From: Candidatus Altarchaeum sp.
GTDB taxonomy: Archaea; Altiarchaeota; Altiarchaeia; Altiarchaeales; Altiarchaeaceae
Reading direction: 5' to 3'
NCBI GenBank assembly: GCA_018260615.1
Contig: JAGWDQ010000036.1
Coordinates: forward strand, 1-11,032
DNA: 11,032 bases
The notes beneath the pieces were generated by a model. The model had not been told where the DNA came from. It saw only the letters and a list, made by a program, of their open reading frames with translations, and made no database searches. Numbering within the stretch: position 1 is the stretch's first letter; each line of letters starts with the position of its first letter. Both the position numbers and the translations under genes were made by a program. Positions 8,147-11,032 of the stretch are shown piece after piece.

Positions 8147-8485
8147 CTAATGAAAAATAGTCAGATACAGAAAAATAAGTCCTAATATTAAGAATATAAT
8201 ACCCATACCTCGATATATTTTAGGAATTACTTTTCCTGGTTCCCATTTAGAACCTAAAATTTTCATCCACCAAACCTGAAATTTTATTAGCCAATCAGGT
8301 TTTATAGATAACAATAATCCTATAAGAGTAAATGGAACTGCTAGGAACCAGCCGTATTGTGCCCAAAATATATCGCAAGGAATTTCTTGGTCATTTACAT
8401 AACATTTTGCCATTACTGGACTAATTATCATCAACAATGTTAAAGTTGAAATTCCAAAAAGTATAAATTTATTTTTCTGTATCAT
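8147..8485 (-). CDS. Small membrane protein with signal peptide (DUF6199-like C-terminal pattern)
   Basis: N-terminal hydrophobic leader ending ...SPVMA-KC, a Cys pair (CYVNDQEIPC), a TM helix ending KPDW, W...W...EP...R.MG and a final TM helix. The DUF assignment is from pattern recall only. Confidence 0.7.
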   Translation of the reverse strand: MIQKNKFILFGISTLTLLMIISPVMAKCYVNDQEIPCDIFWAQYGWFLAVPFTLIGLLLSIKPDWLIKFQVWWMKILGSKWEPGKVIPKIYRGMGIIFLILGLIFLYLTIFH

Positions 8486-8495
8486 TCTGTATCAT
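8476..8495 (-). repeat. 10-bp tandem duplication of the start region (ATGATACAGA x2)
   Basis: The + strand reads TCTGTATCAT at both 8476-8485 and 8486-8495. Confidence 0.9.
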
Positions 8496-8519
8496 ATTGA
8501 AACTATAATTATTCTTATA

Positions 8520-8527
8520 TTTATAAA
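8520..8527 (-). promoter_or_regulatory. Putative archaeal TATA box of the 112-aa gene cassette
   Basis: Minus strand TTTATAAA preceded by A-rich ACAAAAACAAATG (BRE-like), about 25 nt upstream of the ATG at 8495. The AT-rich background weakens this call. Confidence 0.45.
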
Positions 8528-8581
8528 CATTTGTTTTTGTCAGCCCGAACGTATCTTAGTAGCACGATTTTTGAATTGAGC

Positions 8582-8669
8582 ATAACGGAATAAGGGTATC
8601 CGAAGTTGCCCGATATGGCAATTTCACGGAGTGCAAGGGCGATAGCCCGTAGCGGATACCCTTTGTTAT
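8582..8669. repeat. attC-like structured element E3 (88 bp)
   Basis: ATAAC-GGAAT-AAGGGTATCCG-[AAGTTGCC CGATAT GGCAATTT]-[CAC GGA GTG]-CAA-[GGGC GATA GCCC]-GTAG-CGGATACCCTT-T-GTTAT. Confidence 0.92.
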
Positions 8670-8708
8670 CGGATGTAATGCGGAGGCATCTTATTCAATC
8701 AGAATGTT

Positions 8709-9263
8709 TTAATATGGAAATGTGATTATTAGGATTGCTATTAGTGCAACCACTATGATGATCACCCCTACAAGTGATATAAGAAGGACACCGATTGCCT
8801 TGCCTTGTGTAAATTCATGTGCCACCCTGATAGCCCGGTATGTAAACACTAAACTTGCAATTTGGTATATTAAGATACCCAAAAAAGGTATTATCGCAAA
8901 TATTCCTGGCGCATACGGAAGAGCCATCGCCCTTAAAAAACTAGTATAATCTGCTTTTCCACCAGCGAGTTTGCAAAATATATGGAAATATCCAGTAGTA
9001 ATTGGCCAAGCTATAAGTGCAATAATAGGGAATATGACAATATCCAACAATCCAAACCCTAATGAACCAAAACGAATACTTTTTTCTTCAATTCCCGGAA
9101 CAAGAAAAGATTCGAGCAATCCACCAATTGAAATAAAAATAGATGCAATTATAATGATAATGGCACCAGATACTAATGCATCTTTATCATCTCGTGCTTC
9201 TGCAAATACTTCCCTATCTGAACTCAGAACTCTTTTCATCCTGTTAAATACTATGTTCATCAT
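8709..9263 (-). CDS. Yip1-domain (YIP1 family) multi-pass membrane protein
   Basis: VL..D.EVF.E N-terminus, TM helices, and the conserved ...KLAGGKADY...LRAMAL...P...IIPFLG...AIRVAHEF..GKA pattern of prokaryotic Yip1 proteins. Confidence 0.88.
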   Translation of the reverse strand: MMNIVFNRMKRVLSSDREVFAEARDDKDALVSGAIIIIIASIFISIGGLLESFLVPGIEEKSIRFGSLGFGLLDIVIFPIIALIAWPITTGYFHIFCKLAGGKADYTSFLRAMALPYAPGIFAIIPFLGILIYQIASLVFTYRAIRVAHEFTQGKAIGVLLISLVGVIIIVVALIAILIITFPY

Positions 9264-9362
9264 TTTTCTTTATTTTGGATTTTTATTTTTTAATTAATTA
9301 TTAAACATGGATTTAAATATAAATTTGTATGGTTTTGTAATTCTGCCGAAGCATTATTTCCG

Positions 9363-9450
9363 ATAACGGATTAAGGGTATCCGAAGTTGCCCGATAGGGC
9401 AATTTCACGGAGTGCAAGGGCGATAGCCCGCCGCGGATACCCTTTGTTAT
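9363..9450. repeat. attC-like structured element E4 (88 bp, near-identical to E3)
   Basis: ATAAC-GGATT-AAGGGTATCCG-[AAGTTGCCC GATA GGGCAATTT]-[CAC GGA GTG]-CAA-[GGGC GATA GCCC]-GCCG-CGGATACCCTT-T-GTTAT. Confidence 0.92.
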
Positions 9451-9511
9451 CGGATGTAATGCGAAGGCAGTTTATTCAGTTGGACTGTCGTTAGTTAAAC
9501 ACCTATAAATT

Positions 9512-10942
9512 TTATGATGCTTTTACTCTTTTGACATTTGAGATACACTCATCTTTATCCTTCTTTTCTGATATTTTCTCGCAGAGAGAGCCATCCAGTT
9601 TTGCTATAGCAACCTCTTTAACACACCAATTTTTCCCTATTGAATTTGATGTTTTGTCACACAAGAAGACATCTTGTTTTTTTTCAGCAAGTCGGCTAAT
9701 ACATATGTCTTTATACCCCATATCCATGAATCCATACTTATATCCATACATATCTTTAAGTTCAGATACAGATGTATCCCCTATATCCCCACACAGAGAG
9801 ATATTCTGTTTTGCCACAGCAATCTTATAAATACACCACCTTTCATACCATGAATTTGATTTTTCACACAGAGAGATATCCTCTCTTGTCGCTGCAACTC
9901 TTAGAATACACCCTCCTCTTCCACCTAAAAGCGTTGATGCGTATGTCTTAGAGTGGGTCGCTGTTGCTATACTTGACTCATAGTTTTTGGTATAAATATA
10001 GCCATCCATCGATGTATATCTCTCAGAGTATCCTCTTATTATGCTCCATAATGTTTCCCCTAATGATATTCTCTCACAAAGTGAGATGTCTCCTTTCGCC
10101 GATGCAACCCACCCCATACAATTTTCTCTCGCAGAGGCATCGTATGTCTTAGATATTACAGAATTCTCTGATATCTTTTCACAGAAAGAAACATCTTTTT
10201 TATCCATTGCAAATAAGTAAATACACTCATTTTTATCTTCTGTTTTATTCATCGAATCACAATAAGAGACGCCCTCTATTTTTATCTTTTTATATGCCTC
10301 TTTTTTTCCTTGGTAACATTTATCATAACAATCTTTTGAATCGCAATATAAATCGCAATATGTCTCAACAACACCTTTACATTTTTCACCTGAACATACA
10401 CCTTCATTACACTTATTATTCTTACAACATAGCTCACTAATTCCTCCACATTTTTCACATTTCCCATTAGAGCATGCACCTTCACCACAGATATTATTCA
10501 TACAGCATAATTCACTAATTCCTCCACAACTTAAACATTTACCTTCACTACAAGCCAAGTTAGAAGATGAACATTTGTTGCCTTCACAGCACAACTCACC
10601 AGTCCTTCCACATTTTTCACATTTTCCATCCGAACACGCCCCCACATCACAGAGATTGTTATTACAGCACAACTCACCAGTCCTTCCACATTTTTCACAT
10701 TTTCCATCCGAACACGCCCCCACATCACAGAGATTGTTATTACAGCACAACTCACCAATTCCTCCACAACTTAAACATTTATTTTCACTACAAGTCAAAT
10801 TAGAATATGAACAATTGTTACTCTCACAACAATTTTGATTTAAATTCCCACATCCTCCAGTACACCCACTGATTATTATAAATCCAACAATGGCCAGCCC
10901 TACAATTCCATAAGTAAATAAATTTTTATTTGTATTTTTCAT
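9512..10942 (-). CDS. Cys-rich lipoprotein with six disulfide-type repeats and C-terminal A..K.D.S.CEKI-type repeats
   Basis: Probable start ATG 10942 (ORF track starts at TTG 10960). Basic N-terminus, hydrophobic core and lipobox-like ISG-C27. Repeats CGxxxE/QxCCxxxxCxxxxCxxxxC, then repeats such as AMDKKDVSFCEKI, ASAKGDISLCERI, AIAKLDGSLCEKI. Confidence 0.88.
   Translation of the reverse strand: MKNTNKNLFTYGIVGLAIVGFIIISGCTGGCGNLNQNCCESNNCSYSNLTCSENKCLSCGGIGELCCNNNLCDVGACSDGKCEKCGRTGELCCNNNLCDVGACSDGKCEKCGRTGELCCEGNKCSSSNLACSEGKCLSCGGISELCCMNNICGEGACSNGKCEKCGGISELCCKNNKCNEGVCSGEKCKGVVETYCDLYCDSKDCYDKCYQGKKEAYKKIKIEGVSYCDSMNKTEDKNECIYLFAMDKKDVSFCEKISENSVISKTYDASARENCMGWVASAKGDISLCERISLGETLWSIIRGYSERYTSMDGYIYTKNYESSIATATHSKTYASTLLGGRGGCILRVAATREDISLCEKSNSWYERWCIYKIAVAKQNISLCGDIGDTSVSELKDMYGYKYGFMDMGYKDICISRLAEKKQDVFLCDKTSNSIGKNWCVKEVAIAKLDGSLCEKISEKKDKDECISNVKRVKAS
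10586..10757. repeat. Exact 78-bp intragenic tandem repeat (2.2 copies)
   Basis: Identical units start at 10586 and 10664, with a partial third at 10742. They encode GELCCNNNLCDVGACSDGKCEKCGRT. Confidence 0.95.
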
Positions 10943-11003
10943 TTTTTCATGAATTATCAATTACTATATTTAAATGTAAAAAGTTATATTTAGCTGATTT
11001 TAC

Positions 11004-11032
11004 AATTCTGCCGAAGCATTATTTCCGATAAC
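11004..11032. repeat. Cassette end arm plus AAC core of a fifth element (E5), cut by the window end
   Basis: AATTCTGCCGAAGCATTATTTCCGATAAC is identical to 9339-9367, which leads into E4. Confidence 0.9.

Larger units (their letters stand above)
2249..11032 (-). mobile_element. Integron-like gene-cassette array (CALIN-like; four cassettes visible, no integrase in window)
   Basis: All six genes are co-oriented (-) and separated into four units by 88-bp attC-like palindromic elements with AAC/GTT cores. The ends of each unit are mutually complementary. Confidence 0.75.

Noticed and set aside
2249-9450. 88-bp elements as a CRISPR array
   Set aside because: They are too long, diverge strongly in sequence, and are separated by whole genes of 0.5-5.6 kb, not 30-40-bp spacers. 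No cas genes are present.
2249-9450. Elements as simple intrinsic terminators
   Set aside because: They lie downstream of minus-strand genes but fold better on the + strand and lack a U-tract on the transcribed strand. A terminator would not explain the cassette-specific paired arms.
10282-10767. Alternative-frame minus ORFs 10282..10488 and 10531..10767
   Set aside because: They are by-products of the repetitive Cys-rich lipoprotein coding sequence.

Overview
AT-rich prokaryotic window, most likely archaeal (TATA-like boxes upstream of genes, Yip1 protein, NosD-type surface protein, Cys-rich lipoprotein; an Altiarchaeota/DPANN-like host is my inference). It has two parts. (1) 1-2120 is a small redox/metal cluster. 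An HxlR-family regulator (+) is divergent from a run of minus-strand genes: a stand-alone NrdD-type glycyl-radical C-terminal domain fused to a TRASH-like finger, a 2x[4Fe-4S] ferredoxin, a frameshifted double zinc-ribbon gene that the ORF track misses, an orphan AbrB-type protein, and a rubrerythrin cut off by a probable IS end. (2) 2249-11032 is an integron-like gene-cassette array with no integrase inside the window. Four intergenic elements, each exactly 88 bp (ATAAC...GTTAT), fold on the + strand into similar multi-branch structures despite divergent sequences, and the flank of a fifth begins at the window end. Each cassette between two elements has matching ~24-bp imperfect inverted arms at its own two ends. 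These arms often do not match the other side of the adjacent element, which is the pattern expected from cassette shuffling by site-specific recombination at the AAC/GTT core. The site geometry differs from canonical attC. Most cargo genes encode membrane, secreted or lipoproteins.
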